From Eukaryota sp. TZLM1-RC (Eukaryota > Protista > Metamonada: BaSk clade), in assembly GCA_040285825.1 (NCBI GenBank), contig JAUPSS010000003.1, forward strand, positions 3,286,001-3,350,000: a stretch of 64,000 nucleotides of DNA. The letters run 5' to 3'. Every line of letters starts with the position of its first letter. The first letter of the stretch is position 1. Positions 45,590-58,078 of this stretch are shown here, one piece after another. Below the pieces are notes generated by a model. The model worked only from the letters and a program-made list of their open reading frames with translations. It did no database searches and was not told the origin of the DNA. Position numbers and translations under genes: made by a program.

Positions 45590-47780
45590 TTAAAGCTTTC
45601 CTACAGAATTATATTCTTCAAGCTTGATTCCTTTAGTGAAGTCAAACAGTTGTGTTCGTCCCATTGTAATTGGTGGAGTGATCTCACGTCTCATATCCAC
45701 TCTAGTCTGCAATCGTATCAAGAAAAGTGCTAAAGATTTTCTTGGTGCTTTTCAATTTAGACACAAGAACTTATGATGGAGCGAATGTTGCAGCTCTTGA
45801 TGTTGTTTTATTTATGAATTTATCAAGTACAAATGTTCCTGTTGTCTGTTATTTCAAGAATGCCTATAATAGAGTGAAGCGTGGTGCTATTGTTGAAGCA
45901 CTTCACCATCCTCCTGTGTTTGCAGAAGTAGCACATTTGTTTGATTTTTTATATTCTGCTTATTCACATTTAGTTGTGAAAACTAATTCTATTTCCTTTT
46001 GTTCACGTGTAAAACAAGGTGATCCAATGAACCCCTCACTTTTTTTGTCCTTCTCTTCATCCGATTTTCGTTCAACTCAAGGCACAATATCCAGAACTTG
46101 AAATTGTGGCATATATGGTTGATGTTTCATTAATAGGTGTTCTTCCCTTATAGTTCAAAATGCAACAAATTTGTTGGGAATTTTAGCTTCTCTTATTGGT
46201 TTTGAATTAAATCCATCAAAAAATGCCAAGTTCTAAATAGACACACTGAATTTATCTCTTTTGAGGGAATCGAATTGCCATTTATCAATTATGATGATGC
46301 TTGTATTGAATTGTTGGGAACATTGATAGGTAAAGAGGAATGTATTGCTCAGTCGCTGAAACAAGCAGTCCAAAAAGCTTCTTTTGAACTCAAACAAATT
46401 CAAAATTTACCTTTGAAGAAACACACCAAATTTCATGTTGATAGGTTTTGTTATGGTTCAAAAATTAACCACTTGATTCGTTCTATTCCTCCAAATTTGA
46501 GCACTTACTAAGCCAAATAATATTTGACTAAAAGAACTCACTTTTTGGGTTCAATACTTAACTTCAATAATATTGATGATATTCCCCTTCATGTTTTTAG
46601 ATGGGACAAGCATGGTGGTAATGCCTGAACACGTTCATATATTTTATGCGTTCTAAGGTGGAATCAAGAACTTCTTGTATAAACTCGCTTTAAGGTTTTC
46701 ATATCAATTGATGTATTTAGCGAATAACTCTTCTTCAGTTGCAACGAAATTTTTACGTACCTTCCTGGAAAATTGTTCCAATGACTTCTGGAAATCATTA
46801 TTTTCTGCAAAGGTTTACTTCATCTCGAATGAATCTAAAGATTTACTAAATATTTTAGGAACTCTTCCGAAACTACAGAAAAAGATTATTAATTAGTTAG
46901 AGGTAGAATCACTCAACAACCAAATCAGCATGGCTAACAATTCTGGTTATTTTTCTTTGGAATTATTTTTGTCTTCTTTGAACACTGTGAATTCTTTCCA
47001 AAATAGTTCTTCTTGTTTGCCAAAACAAGTTCCTTGCCGTTTTGGAATAATGCTCTCAAATATTCAATTTGTGTCAGTCATGCGAATTAAAGTCAATCTA
47101 TCTCCTCCTCAATGCTGATCAAATATGAATTGTTAATGTGGTGCTTATGCTTCTGTTGATTTCATTATGTCCTACTGTAAATTCACTCAAAAAAGATCAA
47201 TTATCTACAATGCGGTTGGTGATTGTATTTACGATTTGCTACAATGTGCTCATCAATCCAGTTCTTTAAGAACCTCTGTTTGATGAATTAAATTTCAGTT
47301 TGAGCCAAAAACGAGGTGATATTCAATGTGCATGGTATGATGGTACTGAAATAATTATCGATTGTACTACCGTATCGCCATGGAAAAGAAGTTCCAATTC
47401 TGACATTCAACATTTACTCAACGTTCCAGAGCTTTTGAATAAATCACAATACAAAGCTCTTCTTTCACGTCTGAAAGGAGCAAGTGGCAGAAACATTAAA
47501 TTTGTCCCAGTTGCTGATTCAATTTTTTGTACCATTGGAAGTAAAGGTCTCAATTTTTGAGATGCTCTAGGAAAACCTTTCAAAGAAAGTGGTCGTACAT
47601 TTATATTAACTCCATTTTGAATAGCATTACGTACTTTCTAACATGCGAGTTGCTATTCAAGTGAATAGCGAAATATCCGTATCAATCAATTGATGGGGTT
47701 TTTACTAGGTTAAAGTTACAGTGAAGGTTCTTGGTCGAATTTTAAAATGTGACTGTTCCAGGAATAAAATTATCTTTCAT
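45590..47780 (+). mobile_element. Decayed RLE-type non-LTR retrotransposon (family C)
   Basis: VRPIVIG, FKNAYNRV, VKQGDP, LNPSK, KRGDIQC...DCTTVSP; many stops. Confidence 0.75.
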
Positions 47781-47859
47781 AAGTAAAGAAAATTAAAATT
47801 TTGCCACCCACACACAATCGCCTTTTTTTCACAATTTAGTTTATTCTAACGAAGAACTA

Positions 47860-49220
47860 CACAAATCTTATGAACATTTTTTTATTAATTGGATCTTCTT
47901 TGGATAATCGAAGTCTTTTGTAATTAATGTCTTTGAACCGATAATCAGCTTGTTTCTGAAGACTGCTGGCTACACTCATGTCAATAGCCTTTCTAGAGGA
48001 TTGACGATCCATTGCACTCATAGGTTTATTAAAATGACCTGATGTCCTTTGAGGAGGTTGAGGGAAGGGGGTGTTTTTTTAAAGCTGGCGCGTTCAATTT
48101 TAAATTGTCTCCTATGTTCTCGCTGATCAAAGGTTGGGAGAAAGTCAATTCTTCATGTTGAGTGGACTCTCGTTTTTTACAATTTCTGCAACAAAAACTG
48201 TTGAAATGTTATCAGAAATGCTGACTATTGAGCAAACTTGTAGCGGTTTGCACTTTTCCGAAATATGCGAGCCAATACCGGATGTTCAGGAAAATGAAAA
48301 CAAGTTGATGGATCTCCCATCAGTCGATGTTTAAAAGCCAGTTGTTTAATAAACAAATTCCTGTGTTGATGAATGTAATTATTAGGACGAATCCTATACG
48401 TGAAGAAACAAGATCGTTCCGTATGTACAGTATTTAGGAAGTCAGTGTCAAACCAGGGGGATACCTGTTGAAACTTGTCCGCTTTTGAGCTTTTCTCCTA
48501 CGTTTATTCTTTTAAGTAAGTGAGAGCTCCTTCCGCCAGCTCCGTATAGTTATGTATGGTTGTGTTGAACTTGGGATCACACCAGGCAGGCAATTTGGAT
48601 GATAGAATGTCCTCAGAGCCGGTCCTTCTTCTCTGCTCGATGAAAAATATCCTTAAACGCCAACCAACTGGTCCAAATGAGTGGCCTTTGAATCAATATT
48701 ATCAATGCTGGGGTTGACCATGCTCTCATGGATCCGTCTGTTCATTCCAGAGACTCTGGGACGGCGTTCCGCGCTTCGTCCATAAGTCATTTTGCTCAGT
48801 TTGTTAAGAACATTTACGAGTTCGTTGCTTTTGTTCATGGGAAGCTCTTAAATTTTTGGATATCTTCAATTAAACCGAGAAATTTGCAAACCGACGTTTC
48901 TGCCTCTTCATTGAATTGTATTTTATAGAGGAGGAAGCTGCTTAAACAAACAGAAATCTGTTAATTCGCAGTAAGTCACCGCATGCTCCTTTAAAAATTT
49001 GTAGAATCCTTCACTGGTGTCATCTTTTCCTTACATGTTGTCTAGTTGAGTATGAAATTCATCATACTCACCTAGAGGGATTGGCAGGTAAGATGGGATT
49101 TTCATTTGTTGTCATACTAGATTCTACTTTATGGAGAAGAGATGCAGCTGAATCCCTTCTCGCGAAATCTTGTGACTTTGCTGGTTCCACTTTCTTTGTG
49201 AGGGGAGAGGGAGCCGGGTC
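47860..49220 (-). mobile_element. Decayed Gypsy gag-region fragment
   Basis: KLSKMTYGRSAERRPRVSGM, RRTGSEDIL and RKAIDMSVASSL match 160-1540. Confidence 0.8.
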
Positions 49221-49552
49221 AATAAGTTATTCATTTTTTGGTTGTTGAGGCCACAAGTTACTGAGATGAATTTTTCGCTGGGTAGAATCAGTTTTCTTGA
49301 TATATATAATACCTGATTAACCTGTCTCTAAAATCTAACTGATACTTTAACTAGGGCAGTGTGTCTAATAATTGGAGGAGCTGGAGTTTATAAACGAAAG
49401 GTTCAAAGCATGTTTGTTGCAATGTCGCGTGTGACAGATGTGGTCCCATCGCATTAAGTTCTTGCAGATGTTCGTATGTAACGGTGTGATGAATTCAAAC
49501 TCAGTCCATGTATTTTATTCTAAACAAAGACCAAAACTACCTCATTGCCTGC

Positions 49553-50396
49553 TCAATCCTCCTTAATTAAAGGGTAATATCCACTTGATTTCAATGTAAA
49601 AGAATCTTGCCTGGTTGAGTCATCCATCGTAACAAACCTGTGAACTATACGTGGATGGAAGTTGTGAACACATGACAAAACGAACAGGAAATGGTAATAA
49701 ACCCCAATGGCTACAAAGATATGGAACACTTCATGGGCATAAAAATGACCTTTTACCAACACCAAGTGTTCACCAAAGATCTAGAGTAAGTTCAAATAAA
49801 AGCTGTCATACTAATGCAATAATCGCTCCTGTTGAGTAAAAAACTCCACCAAGAAAGAGGTGTTTAATGGTTTGTCTGGCTTCAGATCCATAGACCAGGT
49901 GTAGCTGAAGCATAGAGAATATTCCCAGCCAGCCACATATCAGATAAACTATGTTACTTAGAAAGTCAGACAGTAAGTCAAAAAAGAAAGTCTTCATTAT
50001 CACACCGAATAAAGCAAGACACCAAAGAATAGAAGGAACCACCCATTTACCTGCAAAACTCTTGAATGAAGGGAGATGTCCCCCAGTAAATGTTCCAGCA
50101 ATCATGAAGAATATGGCACTGTGATCCAGTCGTCTCAAAACCATCCTCTGATAGGTGAAAGGGTTGACCATGTGGTAAACAGAAGAAACTATCATAGAGA
50201 ATAGACATCCAAAAAGGTACAGACCCACACCAAATCTCGCTGTTTTTGTCTTAAGTGTCCGGAACAGCAACCGTGCATACAGAGCAAGACAAATAGCAAC
50301 CAAGAGATGTGAGATACTAGAAAAAGGTTCCGCAATTCCAAACAAAGGCGTTATTTCAAAGAGCACGTTGGAAGGTGGAGCATTGAAGCCGGTCAT
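49553..50396 (-). CDS. Hemolysin III/PAQR-family membrane protein, two exons (50396-49812, 49780-49553), 270 aa
   Basis: EPFSSISH, SSVYH, RRLDHSAIFFMIAGTFT, GGVFYSTG and HEVFHIFV motifs. Removing the 31-nt intron joins the frames exactly. Confidence 0.88.
49781..49811 (-). other. 31-nt spliceosomal intron
   Basis: GTATGACAGCTTTTATTTGAACTTACTCTAG; GT-AG ends; contains the in-frame TGA; removal restores the conserved HEVFH exon. Confidence 0.8.
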
Positions 50397-51000
50397 GTAG
50401 ATGAAAGATGTTCTTTAGATGTACTCAAAAGTTTACAGTCCGTCGTATTGACCATTACTCCCCATTATTTGCTACTCATTAGAAATGGCCATACTCACAA
50501 AAGGTACGTAAGATATTACCGAGTTTGATCTGCATTGAGATCAAGAATGTGGATGGGGATTAATTCTTTCAGCTTTGTTAGTTCAGTTGTAATCTCATCC
50601 TCCTAATCAACCAATGCCGCTCTCCTTCCATTAACTATTGATGATATCTATTTTTGCTGACCTTTTTGAATTGTACCACTTTGTGTCACACTTAACTATA
50701 TCTCGCTAGCTGAAACACTTCTTCTACGAAGATTAGTCAACGATTCGGCCTACTTTGATAAAATGATCTCATTGGACTTGTTTAAGTGTAAAGACAGTCT
50801 TCATCTCAACTATGAAGCATCACTTTATAGATGTGCGTTCGAGCAGCTCGTATCAGATTTTTTAGACAGATCAAAATGTTTATTCATTTTTTGAGTGCTA
50901 AAAATGTACACGTGGATCAGCTGTACAACATGATATCTACATTAGTTGTTTTGTTTGTCGACCTCCAAAATGGGTTGTTGGGGCAGATGGAAACCAGATA

Positions 51001-51185
51001 GAAATAGACCACTAGTTTTTATTGCTTTCCCATTTTCTATAAACGCAAAACTTTCAATAGAAGCAGGAAATATTTTGAATGATTTCCAACAATTGGTTCA
51101 AGAAAAAACAATGAAGAGATTTTTGATTGAATTCAGTCCCATTAGTTCTGATTTTATTTTATTAAGTGTTGCAGTTCAATAAAGA
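51001..51185 (+). mobile_element. Family A non-LTR 3' fragment with internal deletion
   Basis: PLVFIAFPFSIN...QEKTMKRF followed by the GTCCCATTAGTTCTGATTT tail. Confidence 0.75.
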
Positions 51186-53135
51186 AAACATACATGATGT
51201 TATTGTTATAAATTATGATGGGTTGAGAAGACAATTTTTAAAAACGGAAATTAAATTTTATTTTAGTGAATAATTTAATGATATAAATGGAAGAATCAAT
51301 TTTATCAATATATTCAAATTTACAATCTAAATTTTGAATTGATTCAAATAAACTAATAAACCAGTGGAGCTTTACAAAGTTGAACTCAATTCCTCAAACA
51401 AAACGAACAGCTTACTATTGAATGAATAATTGTTTGAAGTGAAACAATTAAATACTGTCGCAAAAGAGAAAGACGCTGAGACGAAGACATTAATGAAATT
51501 CTGGAAAGAAAGGTAAGAGTCTGAAATAACAAATTTTCAACATCAATATGGTAATGAAAGTTGACCGCAACAATTCCAAACAATTTTCATTAAATAACAA
51601 CTGAAAAAACCCTGGCAATTTTAAACTTATAAACAATTTACTGGAAGTTTTAAGTAATTGAGGCAATGTGATCAACTCTGATCAACCATTTTGGCAGAGT
51701 ATAAGAAAAGAGAAAGGTTGGATTGCGTAGGATTTGACGACGGAGAGGAATGGGCATATATGAAGAGAGTGGGGGACAAAAAAGTTCCGGGAGAGTCCAA
51801 CAATTGATTTAAGGGAACCAACTGCAGGTAAAAGGTAAAAAAGAGTCAAAAAAGAGTAGAAAAACAGGTAGAAAATGTATAGGGGAAGTCCTAAGGTGCG
51901 GACAAGAAGGTAATTGAGGGAAATAAGAATGAATGAGAAAAAGAAAATCCATAAAAACCACACAAGACAGTAAAATAGGAGAGAGTATTGAGAAAAAAAC
52001 ACTTTTTGCGCAAGAAGGTATATTCAAGCTTCCGTTGTGACTTAACCAGAATCCTAGTTTATGAAGTGAAGGGAAAGTGAAAACCTCCCAAAACCAAGTT
52101 GAGGGTTAAACACCTCCCAAAACAGGCAACCATAAGTCAAAAATGGGGTGACAAGTGTAAAATTTGAAAGATGAGCTGTTTATTCTCACTACATGTCAGA
52201 CACCCCCTCCCCCTGTGTCACATATATTCACTCGGTTTTGTGCACTTAACTCGCTACTGACCCCTACTATGGTGCAACAAATTCAGTCTGACCTTCCTGT
52301 GGTCACCGAGATTTATCATGAAGCTTCTGTAATGCTTCAATCTTTTTTTTGAATTTCCGTTGGCATCTAGAGCTCTATTGGAACAAGATGTGTGGTATCT
52401 TTTTATGGCCGTCATCACCACTGGTTCTTTTCCAAACCCATTCACATCCAAAGGACAACGCCAATTACTACATATCTTTTACAATGGATTTCATCCTGAA
52501 TGCCCACAAGACAGGTCTCTTGTTTCTTCATGGGAAAACTCTTTCGTTCCTTATAGAAATTCATTCAATCTTTTTCTCAATGCTTGGCTGCAGGCACAGA
52601 GATGCAATTTGATTAATAGAAAAGTACTTTTTCCTTACCTTGCTTGTCGGGGTCGTCAATTAGAATCTAATGTTAAGACGAGTTTACCTAAAATTTGTCA
52701 ATCCTGGACAAAAAACTTCATTCTTGCTCATTGTAGAGCTCTGAATAAAGCGAATGTCTTTGCCAATTACCTTCTCTCTCTTGTAGCAGATGAAACCTTA
52801 GCATTTCTAGAAGCTGGTGAAGTAGCAAAAAGTGAGCCACTCGAAGCAGTAATTATTCATTCTAATCTCGAGCCCTACATCAATTTCCATCTTAATAATT
52901 CAAGAGAAAGATTCTTTTTATTAAATACATGTAATTTTATCTTGAATCTTTTTCAAAGATTTCCTGCCACTGCTTCTTCAAGTGATAAAATCACCTTTTC
53001 ATCAAAGACAATTGGTGAGCTTTTTTTCTTCAATCTTAAAATTTCACAATACTTACTCACTTTGTTTCTCATTTGCATTGCTGGAAGAAATTTAGAATAA
53101 TACCATTAGCTTTTCATAAAACTTCTAAATTTCTT

Positions 53136-56100
53136 TTTTTTACCTTATTTATTTTTATTCAACAACAAATATGAAATACACAATTAAAACTCCACATCCT
53201 CAAAACCTGCCTCCCCTACATCAAAACAATTAATCGCTAAAGATTCAGAATATTTCCCAAAAGAAGATAGTGAATCAGAAATTAGTGTTACCATTCCCTT
53301 AAAAATAGAAAATACAATCCTGTTTTGCCAGTAAACACGATTGAAAATTCTTCCAGTTCTTTCCTTTAGAACTACAACAAAATCCTCAAGGAAAGCCATA
53401 GCAGCCTTACCTAGAGATCCAAGCAATGAAAAAAAACAAATGGACAAAAATTATATTGGGCATGAGAATTTTCATTAACCGAGGAAATGGGTTTCGCATA
53501 TTTAGCAATTTTATATTTTTCGCCTGCAAGAAGAGGATTATTTACATAAGAGTTAATGAAATGTTCGTTAGAGGAATTACAAGGGTCAATAGACATGGCG
53601 TCCAAAATAGTAAAACTACCATTTAAACCAGGAACAACTGGATCACCTCTCGTCAGACCCATAGAAGCTCTGTTGTAACGCGTACTATCAATATTGGGAT
53701 CATCAAGAATTAATTTTGATAACAGCGGTTCTAAAAAGGAATCTACTCGATATGATTTGCACATTACATAAATTTGGTCCCTGACGTTATTATGCACTTT
53801 GCTTCTAAACGTAATGAAATGTTTACAGTTCAAAAGATGAGTAAACAAAAGAGGTTTACCACATTTACAAGTTAAATGGTTGGGCAAATTGTTTGGCCAC
53901 AGAAAACAACGAAAACGCATGTTTAGAAGCCATTCATTGTCTTTTAACAAAAGTCCATAAACAGAGGGAACTTGAGTTACTAAAGCAGCAGCTGAACTAT
54001 CACGAATATCCTTTGAAAAATTACCGAAAGCGGGATTTTTAGTTTTGGCCAAGCCAAGTCTTACTTCATAATCCAAGCCATCATATAATTCAACCAGATG
54101 GTGCTGAAGCTTTTTCAAGCAAAAACGTAAATTTGGAAGTGATCGGGTGGGAATTTCTTGAACATTTTGAGGAAAACACTGAATCCAGATATCACTAGGC
54201 AAATTATCTAATTCGATTTGAAGTTGATTCAAATAAAAATTTGATTCACCATTGATCAGATGAACATCAAAAGGGAACCTTTGGAAAAATTCAAAAACAA
54301 AATTTTTACCACCTCCCAAAAATGCTGCTTTACACAGAATCGAAGATTTGATGAATCCAATGCCACCCAAATCTGCTGAACAAAATACATGACTTTGAAT
54401 TAAAGATTCATTTACTTCTAATAAAAAAGAAAAAAATTTGACTCGAAGTTTGTTCTCGAAGATCTGCAAAAATTGAGAGATACCGAAGGGGGAGTTGATC
54501 TTAAAATATGAGTGAATTTTCCAGAATAACAAATTTGTAAAATAAAAAATTTGATGTGTTTCTCAATGTCACATTCAGCAATAAAACTAAGATCCTTGTC
54601 AAACTCCTCCAATAAATTGTTTAACTGGGAATAAATTTCATCCAAATTGCCAAGCCAACATCCAAGAAACTTAAAAGCTTGTTGGTCATAATTGATAAAA
54701 GGAATCTGAGCTCCACCAAACATCAAAGATTGTTTTTCTCTACCAATCAAGAGACCATTATTAATAGATTACCGCGGTTTTTCAATCGAATTAGAGAAGC
54801 TTTAGCTAGACAGCAAGCAAATCAAGATTTTGTAGAGGAAATCTTGGTTTAATGATAGTCGTCCCATTAGTTATGATTTAATTTAATCAAGTGTGCAAAT
54901 TCAATAAATTAAAAGCTGAAATCAAGAGACATTTAGATGGGTTCAAAGCTAATCCAATTTCTTTGTATTTCGCCGCAATGTTTTCAGAGACCCTAGAAAT
55001 GCTTTCAAAAGAACCAATAATAGAAATGTCATCCATATAGGCAACAATACGCAAATCAGGGAAATCTTGTTGTGTCATTTTAATAACATTATGAATAGCC
55101 AAACAAAACAGCAAAGGGCCAAGAGGATCACCTTGTTTTACACCAGAAGAAGATTCAAGGGTAAAGGAGTCAAAAATTAAGTCTGATTTTTTTCCATAAA
55201 ATAAATAAAAATATGCAGAAACTTCAGGAAAATCATGAAGAAGCACATCAAAAATACAATTACGTTTCACAGAATTGAAAGCATTTTTGAAATCCAAATT
55301 GAAAATATACTGATGTTGTTGACTATTGAAAAAAACATCTGAAGTCATTGAAGCAACAGAAGCACCTTCAACAGTTTTTATACCAAATTGGAAAGGCTTC
55401 AAATAGTCCCTTGCTTTAGTAGAAATTCTGTTAAAAATAAGCGAAGAAAGCAATCTGGTTAATGACTCTCCAATAGCAATTGGTCTAACTCCATCAGGTT
55501 TGTCACCTTTACCAGGTTTAACTAAAGCAACTAAACGGGCAGCAGTCAATTCAGGCGGAGGAACATAATTTAAACACATTAAATTTTGAAAATAGGAAGC
55601 AAGATCCTCAACAATTTCAGGAGCATTTTTACAGGCAGTTTTTAACAAAAATCAAAGGAACTGCCTGAAGGACCAGCAGCTTTTCCTTTTGTTAATTTAG
55701 CAACGGCATTCAATACTTCTTGAGCCTGAAATGGATTTTCGAGCCAATATTGACAAATAGAAGGCTTACTGGGGCAAAAATGTTCAGTTGGATGGAGGGA
55801 TTTCAATTTTTCAACAGTTTCGAGATTGGTATCAGCCAGTTTTCCCGAAAAAATATTTTTTAATCCGCTTCCAAATCTACCTCTCAAAAACAATTTTCTT
55901 GCTTGAAAAGATGAACTAGCTTTTCTCTGTTTTGGTTTGTAATTAATTTTCTTCTTATTCTTTTTGGCAAAGAATTTCCAAAATCTTGTTATGTTCCATT
56001 TGTTTAATTTCAATTGCGAAGAAAAAGAACGCATTTCCATTGACAAAGGAACAGAACTGGCAGGACTCACCTCTACAGGAATTTTAACAGATGTACGAAG

Positions 56101-56387
56101 AGAATCACTTGTTTGACAGTCAAAACAAAACAAGAGAGGGCGACCATTAGAAGAATTAGAGAGGAACTTTTTGCAAAAAGGACAACTATGTTTCAAGACA
56201 TTATCCGTAGGATCAGGAGCAACAGTTTTTGGTAAATGAGTTTGATCAATATTTAAATCATAATTAACATCATCAGCAGAAACATTGGGAACAGGAGGAA
56301 GATTCAGTTCGGATGGCGTTTGCAAACTATTAACAATAGAAATATTGGTTTTCAGTCTCATTTTTTCGGTAATAATATCAGGACGTT
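53136..56387 (-). mobile_element. RLE-type (CRE/R2-like) non-LTR retrotransposon, family B, 5'-truncated, 13-bp TSD
   Basis: GKAAGPSG, GVRPIAIGE, LDFKNAFNSV, GVKQGDPLGPLLF, YMDD, CKCG..HLLNC, RGD..LDA; A tail. TTCTAAATTTCTT at 53123-53135 and 56388-56400. Confidence 0.93.
54756..54919 (+). mobile_element. 164-bp family A 3' end inserted antisense into family B, 11-bp TSD
   Basis: AATCAAGAGAC at 54745-54755 and 54920-54930; removal restores PSKCLLIGR. Confidence 0.9.
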
Positions 56388-58078
56388 TTCTAAATTTCTT
56401 GAGGTACCTTCATGAATTTTTAAAAAATCGAAAATCACAAATCGTTGAAAAAATTCCCACTTATTGAAGGATCATGTAAAAATTAAAATTGATTAAAAAT
56501 CAATATAAAAAACGAATATTCAAACGATGCCCTTATCAAAAATTCAATATCAACAAGCAAAGTTTGAAAAATAGATTTAAAAAATCTTATTGAAAACTGA
56601 TGGTAATGAGCTGCTTTTGACATTTAAAGGTAAAGATAATGATTCAGAAAACAAAATGAGCTGGACGAACCATCGAAAAAGAAAAGAAGAACAAAAAAAG
56701 AAATGAAAAGTGACCCTGATGCCAATAAAACCAGAGAAACACAGTTCACGGGTACTAAAAAATGCCGCGTCAAAGACGTAGTTATCCAGTCCGAATAATT
56801 CCTGAAAGGCCCCTTATTGGCGTTGATCTGGGCCAATCTAGATTATGTGGTTATTTCTTAAATGATAATCAATGTGGAGTTATCCCTTTCCTGGCAGAAG
56901 ATACATGACAAAACCTTGATCCAGTAAGCACTCCCCCAACCAATATTCAGTTCAAAATTTCAACCAATATTTCAACCATTGGAATTTGCTCAGGAGGAAA
57001 GTGTATTTGGAAAGCAATCGCCAGAAATGGAAAATAATTAAATTTGATAACCGCAGACAAAAAGAGAGACGGTTTTGAGAGAATCTCAACAAATCTCAAA
57101 GACTAAACTGCTCATCCTGAAAAACTCTACCTTCTTGTGGGTTCTGCTAATTTCCCTTCTCATTGACGAAAAATCAATCGTGATGGATCAGTAAGGGTTT
57201 TTAGAAAATGGTTGTGTTATTGTTAGCAGAAGAATCTGCTAGGTATGGTTAAGTATAGTTTATAGTTATTAGTTCACTAGTGAGTGTATTTATCAAGGAA
57301 GAATTCTCTTCTTGCTTCTTCTTCTTTTTTCCCTCCTAGCTTCGTACCCCTTTCCCTTGAGATAAAAGCATACATCCAATGTTCAACCTCTCGAGATCAA
57401 GGGCACCTCCAACATTTTGAAAAGGACGTGACAGACTTGTCAACCAGTGAATTTAATACAAGCAAAGTATCCATGTGTTGCATGGCCGAGAATATTCAAG
57501 CAGGCTCATGGTAAATGCGTATTTGTACTGAGTGTCAAATAGTATATGACAGAGATTTTTCCGCTGCAAAAAATATTCAAATTAAGAAGAAAACGGAATT
57601 GTGGCCAGAAAAAAACATTTGCCCAGAAGCTCTGTTGAGGGGATGAATGAGGAACCTGAGCAAACTAAAACTTTAATTTTTTTGAAAATCTTTTGAGACC
57701 GATGTACAAATACCTTAGTAGCATTTGGTAAATCCACTGAGATACATCAAGTCGCGAGGCTTTGTTCTGTGAAAGCAGTAGGTGTATTTAAGTGAGGTAG
57801 CCCATGGACGAAGATCATGATTGTCTTTGTCAAATGATGCTACATGTCTCTTACAGCCTGTGAGTAGACATTGAGAAAGTTGAAAACAGGAGTGAATTTC
57901 ACAGGGGAATGTGGAATTTCATATGTTAATTGATTTGTAGTTTGAATTCTTTTGTGGTTTTTGTCAACTTTTTGTTATCTCGATCAAATAATAACAATTT
58001 GTTTTAAATAAAATGTTTCAAACACTAATAAAAGTCTAATTTTACAGCAACTTTAATACAATGAAAACGCTGAAATTA

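Larger units (their letters stand above)
52269..57646 (+). pseudogene. Fanzor pseudogene (lineage 3), split by the family B retrotransposon at 53136-56387
   Basis: N-terminal helical part 52269-53135 (VTEIYHEAS, RQLESNVK). After the TSD: KTDG (~56595), LIGVDLG (56813-56833), LLVGSANF (~57140), SEFNTSKV (~57450), CTEC..YDRDFSAAKNI (~57550), CPEALLRG-stop. Confidence 0.78.

Noticed and set aside
51300-52260. Strand-skewed region with short hydrophobic ORFs and an ACCTCCCAAAAC direct repeat upstream of Fanzor lineage 3
   Set aside because: The ORFs reflect compositional bias, and no element end or domain could be supported.
57221-57373. Solo LTR (TGTTAGC...GCATACA) inside the lineage-3 Fanzor
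   Set aside because: No TSD and no second copy in the window; left unresolved.
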